Shown piece by piece: positions 54,778-63,974 of a DNA stretch of 64,000 bases. Each line of letters opens with the position of its first letter. The stretch's first letter is position 1. The notes under the pieces are model-generated. The model worked only from the letters and a program-made list of their open reading frames with translations, ran no database searches and was not told where the DNA came from. Source of the DNA: Myxococcota bacterium (lineage in GTDB: Bacteria; Myxococcota_A; UBA796; SXON01); the NCBI GenBank assembly GCA_040386535.1, contig JAZKFH010000002.1:96001-160000 (forward strand), written 5' to 3'. Made by a program: the position numbers and the translations under genes.

Positions 54778-55365
54778 CTAAAGCGTGTCCTCGATCGCGG
54801 CGCGGATCGTGGCGTCGCTGATCTCGCCGATGTCGGCCGCCACCACGCCTTCCGCGTCGATCACGAGCACCGCCGGAAAGCCGCGCGTGCCCCCGATGGG
54901 GATGAGCTCGTAGGTGTAGCCCTCGTCGTCCAGGAGGATGGGCTCGTTCAGCTCGAAGCTCTCGCCCCAGGAGACGAGGAAGTCCTGATCGGGCACGTCC
55001 CCCTCGACGTTCTGGGGCATGACGGTGAGGTAGCGCACGCCGCGGTCGCGGTACTCGTCGGCGATGGACTGGGCCTCTTCCGCGAGGTCCTGGCACGGCC
55101 CGCACCACCCGGTCGAGAAGTCGAGCACGACGGTGCAGCCGTGGAACTGCCACAGCGACACCTCGGCCCCGTGCTGATCGCGGAGGCGGAAGTCACGCGC
55201 GACCTCGCCCACGTCGAGGCCCTCGCTCACCAGGCTCGCCGGAGGCCCCTCGCAGACGCCCCAGCTGTTGTCCGGGGCTACCCAGTCCTCCCCCGTGGCG
55301 TCCTTCGAGCCGGGGGGGCTGGTGAGCTCCGGGATGCATGCCACGAGAGAGAGCAGGAGCAACAT
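54778..55365 (-). CDS. TlpA/ResA-like redoxin lipoprotein
   Basis: Lipobox LVAC; DFRLRDQHG..VSL, WCGPC, GFP. Confidence 0.85.
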   Translation of the reverse strand: MLLLLSLVACIPELTSPPGSKDATGEDWVAPDNSWGVCEGPPASLVSEGLDVGEVARDFRLRDQHGAEVSLWQFHGCTVVLDFSTGWCGPCQDLAEEAQSIADEYRDRGVRYLTVMPQNVEGDVPDQDFLVSWGESFELNEPILLDDEGYTYELIPIGGTRGFPAVLVIDAEGVVAADIGEISDATIRAAIEDTL

Positions 55366-55452
55366 TTCGTCGTGACCTCGGCCCCTACTATATCCGCGCT
55401 TGACGAGGGCGTGAAGGCGAGTGACGGGGCGGGTCAATCCGAGAGCTCCCTC

Positions 55453-56760
55453 TTGTCCGAACGACTCACCCTCGAAGCCCTCCTGGCTGCATACCACTCC
55501 TACGGCGCCCCCCGCGAGCGCTGGCTCGTCGGCGGCGAATACGAGCGAGCGGTTGTGCGTGGGGACGGGCGCGCCGTCGACTACCATGATTCCGACGGGA
55601 TCCGCTGGGTCGTCGAGCAGCTCGCCGATCGGACGGGCTGGAAGAAGAAGTACGAGGGCGCTCATCCGATCGAGTGCGCGGGGGATGGCGCCAGCATCAC
55701 GCTCGAGCCGGGCGGCCAGGTCGAGCTCTCCGGCGCGCCGTTCCGCCGCCTCACGGACCTGGACGCGGAGGTTCGTCGCAACCGTGGCATGCTCTACGAC
55801 ATGGCCGAGGGCCACGATCTCCACTGGATCTCGTGCGGCCTGACGCCGTACGCCCGCATCTCGGACATCCGTTTCGTGCCGAAGGGCCGGTACGCGGTGA
55901 TGCGCGACTACCTCCCCCAGCACGGGGAGCTCGCCCACTGGATGATGAAGGGCACCTGCTCCGTGCAGGCCAATTTCGACTTTTCGGACGAGGCCGACTG
56001 CGCGCGCAAGTTCCACGTCTCGCTCGCGCTCGGGCCGCTCAACACCGCCATCTTCGCCAACTCGCCGCTCTCCGAGGGCAAGGACACGGGCTACGCGTCG
56101 TATCGCGGCTACGTTTGGACGAAGACCGACCCCGCCCGCACCGGCTTCCCCGCCTCCGTGCGCGCCGGCTACACCCACCGCGGCTGGGTCGACTACCTGC
56201 TCGACACGCCGATGATGTTCTACATGCCGGGCGGCACGTGGAAGCCCGCCAACGGCGTGACCTTCCGCCAGTGGATGGAGAAGGGCATCGAAGGCGTGTA
56301 CCCCACGGCGGACGACTGGACGCTGCACCAGACCAGCGTGTTCCCCGAGGTGCGGGTCAAGCGCACGATCGAGATCCGCGGCGCGGACGCCGTCAACATC
56401 GACCTCTCCGTCGCCTTCATCGCGCTGTGGACCGGCGTGTTGTACGGCACGCGCGCCCTCACCGACGCGACCGAGCTGGCCGCCCGGTTTGCCGCCACGC
56501 CCGGCACGCACGAGGAGCGCCAGCTCCAGGCCGCCCAGGGCGGGCTCGCCGCGCGGTTCGGCGCGCACGCGGCCGCCGACTGGGCCCGCGAGCTCGTCAC
56601 CATCGCCGCCGCCGGCCTCCAGGAGATCGGGGAGGACGTCGCCCTCCTCGAGCCGCTCCGCGCGAAGGTGGCCGAGGGGCGCTCTCCCGCGCTCGACACG
56701 CTCGAGGCGTGGGCGCGGGACCCCTCCCCAGCGAACGTGCTCAAGACCGTCGCGTACTGA
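55453..56760 (+). CDS. gshA: Glutamate--cysteine ligase (GCS2, plant/alphaproteobacterial type)
   Basis: VGGEYE, ITLEPGGQVELSG, PKGRY..M, MM..TCSVQAN.D, FANSP, TD..RTG, FPEVR.K..IEIRGAD. TTG start is inferred. Confidence 0.88.
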   Translation: MSERLTLEALLAAYHSYGAPRERWLVGGEYERAVVRGDGRAVDYHDSDGIRWVVEQLADRTGWKKKYEGAHPIECAGDGASITLEPGGQVELSGAPFRRLTDLDAEVRRNRGMLYDMAEGHDLHWISCGLTPYARISDIRFVPKGRYAVMRDYLPQHGELAHWMMKGTCSVQANFDFSDEADCARKFHVSLALGPLNTAIFANSPLSEGKDTGYASYRGYVWTKTDPARTGFPASVRAGYTHRGWVDYLLDTPMMFYMPGGTWKPANGVTFRQWMEKGIEGVYPTADDWTLHQTSVFPEVRVKRTIEIRGADAVNIDLSVAFIALWTGVLYGTRALTDATELAARFAATPGTHEERQLQAAQGGLAARFGAHAAADWARELVTIAAAGLQEIGEDVALLEPLRAKVAEGRSPALDTLEAWARDPSPANVLKTVAY

Positions 56761-56773
56761 AGGGTCGGTCCGG

Positions 56774-57619
56774 TCAGGCCCCCGAGGTGTCGCACGCCTC
56801 GGGCGCGCCCGCCGTGTAGCCGCGCCGGAACCACTCCGTGCGCTGGGCCGCGGAGCCGTGGGTGAAGGACTCGGGGGTCACCCGCCCGGTCTCGGCCTTC
56901 TGGAGCCGATCGTCGCCCACCGCCGCGGCGGCGCCGATGCCCTCTTCGACGTCACCCGGCTCGAGCAGGCCCCGATCGCCGGCCGAGCGTGCCCAGACCC
57001 CGGCGTAGCAGTCGGCCTGGAGCTCCTGCCGCACGGACGCCTCGTTGCCCTTCCCGCCGAGCTCGCCGCGCTGGTTCTGCACGTGGTGCCCGATCTCGTG
57101 GGCGATCACGTAGGCCTCCGCGAAGTCGCCCGGGGCGCCGTACTTCTTCGCCAGGTCGTCGTAGAACGACAGGTCGATGTACACGCGCGTGTCGTTCGGG
57201 CAGTAGAAGGGGCCGACCGCCGCCGCGCCGTAGCCGCAGGCGGAGTCGGTGCCGTTGGTGAACAACACCAGCTTGGCGGGGGCGTAGGTCGCGCCGCGCT
57301 CCTGGAACAGCTTCGTCCAGGTGGTCTGCGCGTCGTCCAGCACGAACGAGACGAACGCCGCGGGGTCGTCGTTGGGGCCGGTCTGCTCCGTGGAGGACAC
57401 CGGCGCGGTGCCCGTCAGCCCGCCCAACACGCCGCTCCCGGACACGAGCCCGAACACGACCATGCCCGCGAGCACGAGCAACATGCCCTTCCAACCCAGG
57501 CGGGGCAGCAGCTGCGCGAGAATGGAGAGGCCCGCACCGCCCAACCCACCGCCGCCGCCGGAGCTGGCACCGCGACGATCGATCGTGTCGCGGCTTCGAT
57601 AACCTTTGGTCCACTTCAT
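56774..57619 (-). CDS. YpfJ-like neutral zinc metallopeptidase
   Basis: GPFYCP.D..VYIDLSF, GDFA.AYVIAHEIGHHVQ, ELQADCYAG, FTHGSA.QR. Confidence 0.9.
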   Translation of the reverse strand: MKWTKGYRSRDTIDRRGASSGGGGGLGGAGLSILAQLLPRLGWKGMLLVLAGMVVFGLVSGSGVLGGLTGTAPVSSTEQTGPNDDPAAFVSFVLDDAQTTWTKLFQERGATYAPAKLVLFTNGTDSACGYGAAAVGPFYCPNDTRVYIDLSFYDDLAKKYGAPGDFAEAYVIAHEIGHHVQNQRGELGGKGNEASVRQELQADCYAGVWARSAGDRGLLEPGDVEEGIGAAAAVGDDRLQKAETGRVTPESFTHGSAAQRTEWFRRGYTAGAPEACDTSGA

Positions 57620-57717
57620 CGTGATGACGTAGACACGTCCGATCGCACGGCAAGGGCCGAAGCGCGGGCGTGCCTCCGTGCGCGGTCAGCGTGCGAGGCC
57701 AGCGCCCAAGCTGTCCC

Positions 57718-59172
57718 CTACCCCTTGTTGCGCTTCGCCAACGCCGCCATCTGCCGCACGCGCTCGAACAGCAGGATGCCCGCCGTGACGCTCACGTTGA
57801 GCGACTGCAGATCGCCCATCAGCGGGATGCCGGCGATGGCGTCACAACGCTTGCGCACCGGCGCGGTCAGGCCCTTGTCCTCGCCGCCGAGCACGAACGC
57901 GATGGGGCCGGTCAGGTCGAGGTCCCAGGGCGCGGTGCCGTTCATGTCGGCGCCGATGACGCGCACGCCCGCGCGCTGGATCTCGGCGAGCGACGCGGAG
58001 ATGCCGGCGCGCACCACGGGCACGGCCTCGGCGCCGCCCATGCTGACGCGCTGGACGACGGGGGTGAGGCCCTTGCCGCGCTGGGTGGGGATGATCACGC
58101 CGTCGACACCCGCGCCGAGCGCGCTGCGGAGCACCGCGCCCAGGTTGTGCTCGTACTGCACCTCGTCCACGAGCACGAGGAACGGCTCGGGCGCGCCGAG
58201 GAGCTGGCGCACCGTGGGCTCCACGAGCTCGTCGGCCTCGGCGATGACGCCGTTGTGCACGCCGGTGAGGCTCATGCGGTCGAGCTGGGCGCGCTCGACG
58301 CGCTTCACGCGGTCGCCCGCGAGGGCGAGGATCTGGTCGATCTTGTCGTCGGACTTCGCGCCGAGGTCCATCCACACGGTGCGGACGGTGCGGCGGCCGC
58401 GCACGAGGGCCTCGTACACGACGTTGCGGCCCTCGAGGCGGTCACCCTTCACCGGCGGTAGGCCGGGACGGTCGGCGGAGGCGGGCGCGAGCGCGCGGAC
58501 GGCCGTGGACTTCGACTCGGTGGGCGCACCGGCGGCGGCCGCGCGGGCCTCGCCGTGGGGGCCGATGCGGCCCTCGGCGAGCGCCTGCTGGCGGGCCGCG
58601 GTGCGGGGATTGGGGCGGTTGTCGGGGCCCCGCTCGGCGCGGACGCCGGTGCGCTCGGCGCGAGGCTCGGAGCGCTCGGTGCGGGCCTCGGGGCGCTCGG
58701 AACGGTCAGCGCGGAACGACGGGCGCTCGTCGCGCGCGGCCGGACGCTCGGTCCGCTCGTCACGGCCGGGGGCGGGGCGCGCCTCGCGCGGGGGGCCGGA
58801 GCGCTCGCCGCGGATGAACGCGGTGCGCTCGTCGCGGCGACCCGCGGGCCGCTCCTCGCGGGCGGGCGCGGCACGCTCGTCGCGTCGGGCCGGGGGGCGC
58901 TCGCCCCGGGAGGGCGCCGAACGCTCGAAGCGGTCGGACGCGGGGCGCTCGTTCAGCGCCGGGCGGTAGTTGCCGGGCGAGTGATCGTTGCGCGGACCGC
59001 TGCGTTGCTCGCGACGGCCGCCGCGCTCGTCGGGGCGGCCCGCGCCACGATCGTCGGAGCGGGGCGGGGCGCCGCCGTCGCGTCCGTCACGACCGGAGGG
59101 GAGCCGACGGTCCTCGCGCGGGGAGGAGCTGCGGTCGGAGAAGGAGGGCTTCTTGGGGGGCGGTTTGCGCAT
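57718..59172 (-). CDS. rlmB: 23S rRNA (guanosine-2'-O)-methyltransferase RlmB with long Arg-rich disordered N-terminus
   Basis: GRNVVYEAL, HNGV, HNLGAVLRS, LGGEDKGL, IPL.G..QSLNVSV. The first ~230 aa are RDER/RSER repeats. Confidence 0.85.
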   Translation of the reverse strand: MRKPPPKKPSFSDRSSSPREDRRLPSGRDGRDGGAPPRSDDRGAGRPDERGGRREQRSGPRNDHSPGNYRPALNERPASDRFERSAPSRGERPPARRDERAAPAREERPAGRRDERTAFIRGERSGPPREARPAPGRDERTERPAARDERPSFRADRSERPEARTERSEPRAERTGVRAERGPDNRPNPRTAARQQALAEGRIGPHGEARAAAAGAPTESKSTAVRALAPASADRPGLPPVKGDRLEGRNVVYEALVRGRRTVRTVWMDLGAKSDDKIDQILALAGDRVKRVERAQLDRMSLTGVHNGVIAEADELVEPTVRQLLGAPEPFLVLVDEVQYEHNLGAVLRSALGAGVDGVIIPTQRGKGLTPVVQRVSMGGAEAVPVVRAGISASLAEIQRAGVRVIGADMNGTAPWDLDLTGPIAFVLGGEDKGLTAPVRKRCDAIAGIPLMGDLQSLNVSVTAGILLFERVRQMAALAKRNKG

Positions 59173-59214
59173 CCCGCGCGCTATCACGGCGGGGCCGATC
59201 AGGTGTGTCCGGGG

Positions 59215-61590
59215 TCAGCTCCGGACGTCCTCTCGCATCCCCGCGTAGAAGGTCTGGAGCTGGCTCATGACCATCCGTGTCGGTCCGATCACCCGGCGCG
59301 CGTTCGGCAAGGAAGAGAGGAACACCCGGCCGTACCACATCTCGTGGATGCGACGATCGAGCAGGAGCACGGCGCCGCGGTCGGTGCCCGAGCGGATGAG
59401 GCGCCCGAAGCCCTGGCGCAGCTTCAACACGGCCTCCGGCAGCGAGAAGACGCGGAACGGATCCTCCCCGCGGGAGCGGATCCTCTCGTAGCGGGCCTCC
59501 GCGATGGGCTCGGTGGGGACCCGGAACGGCAGGCGCGGGATCGCGACGAGGCGCAGGCCATCGCCACGCACGCTCACGCCCTCCCAGAACGAGTCGGTGC
59601 CGAAGAGCACGGCGCCGCGGTCCTTCCGGAAGTGTTCGAGCAGGCGGCCCTTGGCGCCCTTGCCCTGCCGCAGCACCGCGTGGCGGCGGCCGAGCGCGGA
59701 CTCCACACGGTCCCCGAGGGTGCGCACCGCGTCGTGACTTGTACACAACACGAACGCGCCCCCGCGGCTCGCCTCGATGGCCTGCACGAGCACGTCGGCC
59801 ACGGCGTCGAGCCAGCCCGGGTCGTCCGGCCGCGGGAGGTCCTTGGGGAGCGCGAGGATCGCCTGCTCCTCGTAGGCGAACGGGCTCGGGAACTGCTCGA
59901 AAGCGGCGCCCTCGAAGCCGGTGCGGCCGAGGTAGTGGTCGATGCGCCCGTTCACGGCGAGCGTGGCGCTGGTCAGGACGGTGGCGAACTGGCGATCCAC
60001 GAGCAGATCGCGCAGGAGCGGCGCGACGTCGACCGGGGCGCGGGCCGCCGCGATGGAGACCTTGCCGGGATCGAGGTAGCGCACCTGCTCCTCCTCCTCG
60101 TTGAGGAAGGCGCGCGCGTTGGCCGCGGCCTCCTCCAGGCGCCGGCGCGCGCGGCCGAGGTCGAGGATGGGCTGGGCGTCCTCGACCTTGACGTCCTCGC
60201 CCTCCAGGGCGGCCTGCACCGCGCCGAGCCGCGCGGCGACGCGCTCCAACGTGTCCCCGAGGTCCGCGAAGAAGCCGGCGTGGGGTGGATCGCCGCGCAC
60301 GCGGAGCGGCTGGTTGATCTCGTCGCCCAGGGTCTCGAACCCGATCTTGGTGAAGTCCCGCGCGGCGCTCGCGGCCATGTGGGCCTCGCTCGACGCGAGG
60401 AACGCCTTGGGGAACCGCGAGCCGAGGCGCTCCAAGGCGCCGGGCCGACGGGAGCGCCCGATCACCGGCAGGAGCGCGCGGGAGATGCCGACGGAGGAGA
60501 CACGCGCGGCGGAGACGCTGGTGGCGGCCTGCTCGAGGTGATGGGCCTCGTCGAGCACGACGCGGTCGAACGCGGGGAGGATGCCGACACCCTCGGTCTG
60601 GCGCTTGACGGAGAGGTCGGAGAGCAGGAGCGCGTGGTTCACGACGACCACGTGCGCGGCCGCGGCGGTGCGGCGGGCCTGGTAGTAGAAGCAGGTGTTG
60701 AAGTGGGGGCAGCGGGCGCGGAGCGTCTGGTCGGTGTCGCTCTCGACGGACTCCCACACGTCTTCGGACACCTCGAAGCCGAGGTCCGCGATGTCCCCGC
60801 TCGCCGAGGTGGCGGCCCACGCGACGATCGGCTTGACGGCGTCGGCGTCGGCGGACTGCGAGGCGGCCAGGAGCTTGCGGCGGCACAGGTAGTTCGTGCG
60901 GCCCTTGAGCACGGCCGTGCGGAGGGCGGGCTGGCCGAGCGCAGCGAGCCCGCGCGTGAGCATCGGCAGATCGTCCGCGACCAGCTGCGCCTGCAACGTG
61001 CGCGTGTACGTGCTCACGACGACCTTCTTGTCGTTCGCGAGCGCCCACAACGCGGCGGGGGCGAGGTACCCGAGCGACTTCCCGGTGCCGGTGCCGGCCT
61101 CGAGCACGACGGGGCCGCCCTCCATCAGCGCGATCGCGACGCGCTCGGCCATCGCGAGCTGCCCGGGGCGCGGCTCCCAGCCTGGGAGGATGGCGGGGAG
61201 GCCCTCACGGAAGAAGCGCTCCAACAGCGCGAGGTCGACCGGGACCTCCCGCTTCGCCAGGGCCTCGACGATCCAGTTCGACCGGGTGACCGCGTTGTCG
61301 ACGATGATGAAGCCGACGCCGTCCTCGCCGAAGTTTCCGGCGAGGTGCATGTCGGGATCGGAGGGCCGCAGATCGCCGCTGGGGTGGTTGTGGATGACCA
61401 CCTGCCCGGCGCGCGCCCGCGACTTGAGCGCCAATACGGCGCCCTCGGTGCCGCGCGCGTGGATCTCGATCCGTTCCACGAGGCCCTTGGCGTCGAGGTC
61501 TCCGACGGCGAAGACCTCCATCCCGCCGGCCTCGGCGATCTCGCCGCGCATGGCGGCGGCTGCGGCGGGGGTGAAGCGGAGGGCGGACAC
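59215..61590 (-). CDS. DinG/YoaA-family helicase with N-terminal JAB (RadC-like) domain
   Basis: N-terminal E...HNHPSGDLRPSDPD; RPGQ, EAGTGTGKS, KGRTNYLC, DEAH, TSATL, FWEGV, RLPF, QGFGRLIR. Confidence 0.9.
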   Translation of the reverse strand: MSALRFTPAAAAAMRGEIAEAGGMEVFAVGDLDAKGLVERIEIHARGTEGAVLALKSRARAGQVVIHNHPSGDLRPSDPDMHLAGNFGEDGVGFIIVDNAVTRSNWIVEALAKREVPVDLALLERFFREGLPAILPGWEPRPGQLAMAERVAIALMEGGPVVLEAGTGTGKSLGYLAPAALWALANDKKVVVSTYTRTLQAQLVADDLPMLTRGLAALGQPALRTAVLKGRTNYLCRRKLLAASQSADADAVKPIVAWAATSASGDIADLGFEVSEDVWESVESDTDQTLRARCPHFNTCFYYQARRTAAAAHVVVVNHALLLSDLSVKRQTEGVGILPAFDRVVLDEAHHLEQAATSVSAARVSSVGISRALLPVIGRSRRPGALERLGSRFPKAFLASSEAHMAASAARDFTKIGFETLGDEINQPLRVRGDPPHAGFFADLGDTLERVAARLGAVQAALEGEDVKVEDAQPILDLGRARRRLEEAAANARAFLNEEEEQVRYLDPGKVSIAAARAPVDVAPLLRDLLVDRQFATVLTSATLAVNGRIDHYLGRTGFEGAAFEQFPSPFAYEEQAILALPKDLPRPDDPGWLDAVADVLVQAIEASRGGAFVLCTSHDAVRTLGDRVESALGRRHAVLRQGKGAKGRLLEHFRKDRGAVLFGTDSFWEGVSVRGDGLRLVAIPRLPFRVPTEPIAEARYERIRSRGEDPFRVFSLPEAVLKLRQGFGRLIRSGTDRGAVLLLDRRIHEMWYGRVFLSSLPNARRVIGPTRMVMSQLQTFYAGMREDVRS

Positions 61591-61592
61591 GG

Positions 61593-61663
61593 CGCGGTCT
61601 AACTCGCCCGAGAAATGGCCGCCGTTCCGACGCCGACGCGCTGCGCCTCCGCGTTAGACCGCG
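61593..61663. promoter_or_regulatory. Divergent promoter region with a perfect 11-bp inverted repeat (GTTAGACCGCG facing each gene)
   Basis: CGCGGTCTAAC (61593-61603) and GTTAGACCGCG (61653-61663) lie just upstream of the dinG and murG starts. Confidence 0.6.
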
Positions 61664-61668
61664 ACCCC

Positions 61669-62763
61669 ATGGCACACACCGTCATCCTGGCCGGCGGCGG
61701 CACCGGCGGGCACGTCTACCCCGCGATAGCGATGGGCGACGCGATGCGCGCGCGCGGCCACACCGTGCACTACTACGGCGACGCGGCGCGGCTCGAAGGG
61801 CGCGTCGCCCCCGCCCGCGGATACCTCTTCCGCGGGGTCGACGCGGCGCAGTTCCCCCGCTCCGGGCTGCTCGCCAAGCTCAAGTTCGCGCGGTCGCTGC
61901 TCCGCTCGGTGATGCAAGCGCGCACGCTCCTGCGGCAGGACCAGGCGACCATGGTGTTGGGCGTAGGCGGCTACGTCATGGCGCCCACCGTGCTCGCCGC
62001 CTGGACGCTCGGCATCCCCGCCGCCATCCACGAGGCGAACGTGGCCCCGGGGCTCGCCAACCGCCTGTGCGCGCGGGTGGCGAAGCTCGTGCTCCTCACC
62101 TATCCGGAGACCGCGGCGCGGCTCCCCGGCAACGCCGAGAAGCACGTCGTGGGCTGCCCGGTGAACCCCGCGGTGCTCCTGGGCGAGCGGGTGGCGGCCG
62201 CCGAGCGCTACGGCTTCGATCCCGCGCGGCCCGTGCTCGTGGCGGTGGGCGGCTCCCTCGGCGCGGCGAAGCTCAACGAGCTCACGATCGCGCTCGCGAA
62301 CGACCCCGCGCGCGACTACCAGATCCTCCACGTCACCGGCCCCCGCTACGAGGCCGAGGTCACCGCCGCGTACGGCGCCGTGCCGGAGGGCGTCGTGGTC
62401 CGCGGCTACGAAGATCGCATGGCGGACGCCTTCGCCGTGGCCGACCTGGTGTTGTGCCGCTCCGGGTCCAGCACGCTCGCCGAGCTGTGCGCCGTCGGGA
62501 GAGCGTCCGTGCTCCTCCCCTCCCCCAACGTGACCGACAACCACCAGGAGGAGAACGCGCGAGGCCTCGAGCGGGCAGGAGCCGCCGCGGTGGTCGTCGA
62601 GCGCGGCATGGACCTGTCGGCCGTCGTGGCGCTGATCCGCGTGCTCATGGGGAACGCCCCCCGGCGCACGGAGATGGCCCAGGCCGCGTGGAAGCTCGCC
62701 CGGTTGGACGTGGCGGATCAGGTCGCGCAGATGCTGGACGAGCGGTTTCCCGCGCCGGCCTGA
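61669..62763 (+). CDS. murG: Undecaprenyl-PP-MurNAc-pentapeptide GlcNAc transferase MurG
   Basis: AGGGTGGHVYPA, GGYV, HEAN..PGLAN, GGSLGA, RSGSST.AEL, HQEENA. Confidence 0.95.
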   Translation: MAHTVILAGGGTGGHVYPAIAMGDAMRARGHTVHYYGDAARLEGRVAPARGYLFRGVDAAQFPRSGLLAKLKFARSLLRSVMQARTLLRQDQATMVLGVGGYVMAPTVLAAWTLGIPAAIHEANVAPGLANRLCARVAKLVLLTYPETAARLPGNAEKHVVGCPVNPAVLLGERVAAAERYGFDPARPVLVAVGGSLGAAKLNELTIALANDPARDYQILHVTGPRYEAEVTAAYGAVPEGVVVRGYEDRMADAFAVADLVLCRSGSSTLAELCAVGRASVLLPSPNVTDNHQEENARGLERAGAAAVVVERGMDLSAVVALIRVLMGNAPRRTEMAQAAWKLARLDVADQVAQMLDERFPAPA

Positions 62764-62870
62764 TCCGCGGTCCGTACCGCACGACCGCCGCTGCGTGCCG
62801 GCCACCCAACGGAGGGCGGGCGATCCGGTGCGTTAGCTGGTAGTCTGCCACCTTCTGGAGACCTGGGCCG

Positions 62871-63974
62871 ATGCTCCCCCTGCTGCTGTCCATCGCCGTC
62901 GCGTCCGCCCAGTCCCCGGCGCCAGCTCCCTCCGCGCCGGCTCCCTCCTCCGAGGCCCCCGCCGCTGCCGAACCTCCGCTCGCGGTGCCGGTGGACGCGC
63001 CGCCCGCGGCCCCTGCGGCCGAGGCGCCCGCGCTCAGCTCCTACACCCCCACGGTGTTGTTCCCCATCCGGGCCGCCAACCTGGGGGCGTCCGAGGTCCG
63101 CGCGGCCGAGGTCCTCTTCCGCAGCCGGTACGAGGCGGCGACGGGCCAGTCCGCGGCGGACGACGCGCGCGTGCGGGCCGCGATCGTCGGGACCGACGAC
63201 AAGGGCTTGAGCGCCGCGTGCCTCGCGCTCGCGTGCACCCGCTGGATCACGGTCGATCTCGTCCGTCTCGACACGGAGGTGTACGTCACCGCCATCGAGC
63301 GCGACAGCGCCGGGGTCGTGAGCCAGCGCGTGGAGATCGTGGCGGTCGGGCTCGACGCGTTGCCGACCACGTTCGACCGGGTCGCGCGCGCCCTGGCCGG
63401 CCGGGTGCCGATCGAGCGGATCCCTGCGTCACGCCTGACCCCCATGGCAGGCAGCAGCACGACCGTGGCTGCCACCGGCACGCCCGCCACTGATGCCACG
63501 ACCTCCACGGCCGTCGCTCCCCGCACCCGTCGCGCCGAGAACGTGCCCGGCTTCAAGTTCGGCGTGCTGGGCGCGCTCTGGCCCGGCTTCGGCGTGTCGA
63601 TCACGCACACGTTCACGTGGCGGCGGGAGTCGCCCGACAAGTTCTTCGAGTTCGCGGCCGGCTTCACCGCGCCGCTCGGCCTCACGGACGATCGCACGTT
63701 CGGCATGGTGTTCGCCGAGGTCGGCCTCTCCCACGTGTTCCCGTCGAAGGGCGGCACGGCGCTCTACGCCGGCGGCGGCTTCGGCCCGCGCATCGGCGGC
63801 TACGACGATGTCGGCATCGGCGCCGGCGTGTACGGGCAGGCCGGCGTGATGTTCGGCCGCCTCACCTCGAGCCGGGCGTACCTCCAGCTGAAGCTCGGGG
63901 GAGACGGGTTCACCGGCTTCGTGGAGCCGTACGTCGTGAGCTACGCGGGTTTGGAGACGGGCGTGGGGTTCTGA
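62871..63974 (+). CDS. Secreted protein with Pro/Ala linker, periplasmic domain and C-terminal outer-membrane beta-barrel-like region
   Basis: Signal peptide; Gly/aromatic beta-strands (LYAGGGFG, VYGQAGVMF); ends in Phe (GVGF). Confidence 0.65.
   Translation: MLPLLLSIAVASAQSPAPAPSAPAPSSEAPAAAEPPLAVPVDAPPAAPAAEAPALSSYTPTVLFPIRAANLGASEVRAAEVLFRSRYEAATGQSAADDARVRAAIVGTDDKGLSAACLALACTRWITVDLVRLDTEVYVTAIERDSAGVVSQRVEIVAVGLDALPTTFDRVARALAGRVPIERIPASRLTPMAGSSTTVAATGTPATDATTSTAVAPRTRRAENVPGFKFGVLGALWPGFGVSITHTFTWRRESPDKFFEFAAGFTAPLGLTDDRTFGMVFAEVGLSHVFPSKGGTALYAGGGFGPRIGGYDDVGIGAGVYGQAGVMFGRLTSSRAYLQLKLGGDGFTGFVEPYVVSYAGLETGVGF

Noticed and set aside
198..56760. Apparent long N-terminal extensions or fusions in the ORF track (e.g. 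198-1940, 22334-24661, 38968-42189, 40797-44003, 50576-53926, 54778-56568)
   Set aside because: The track uses the first possible start. Family homology and signal peptides begin at downstream starts, and the extensions overlap neighbouring genes in another frame.
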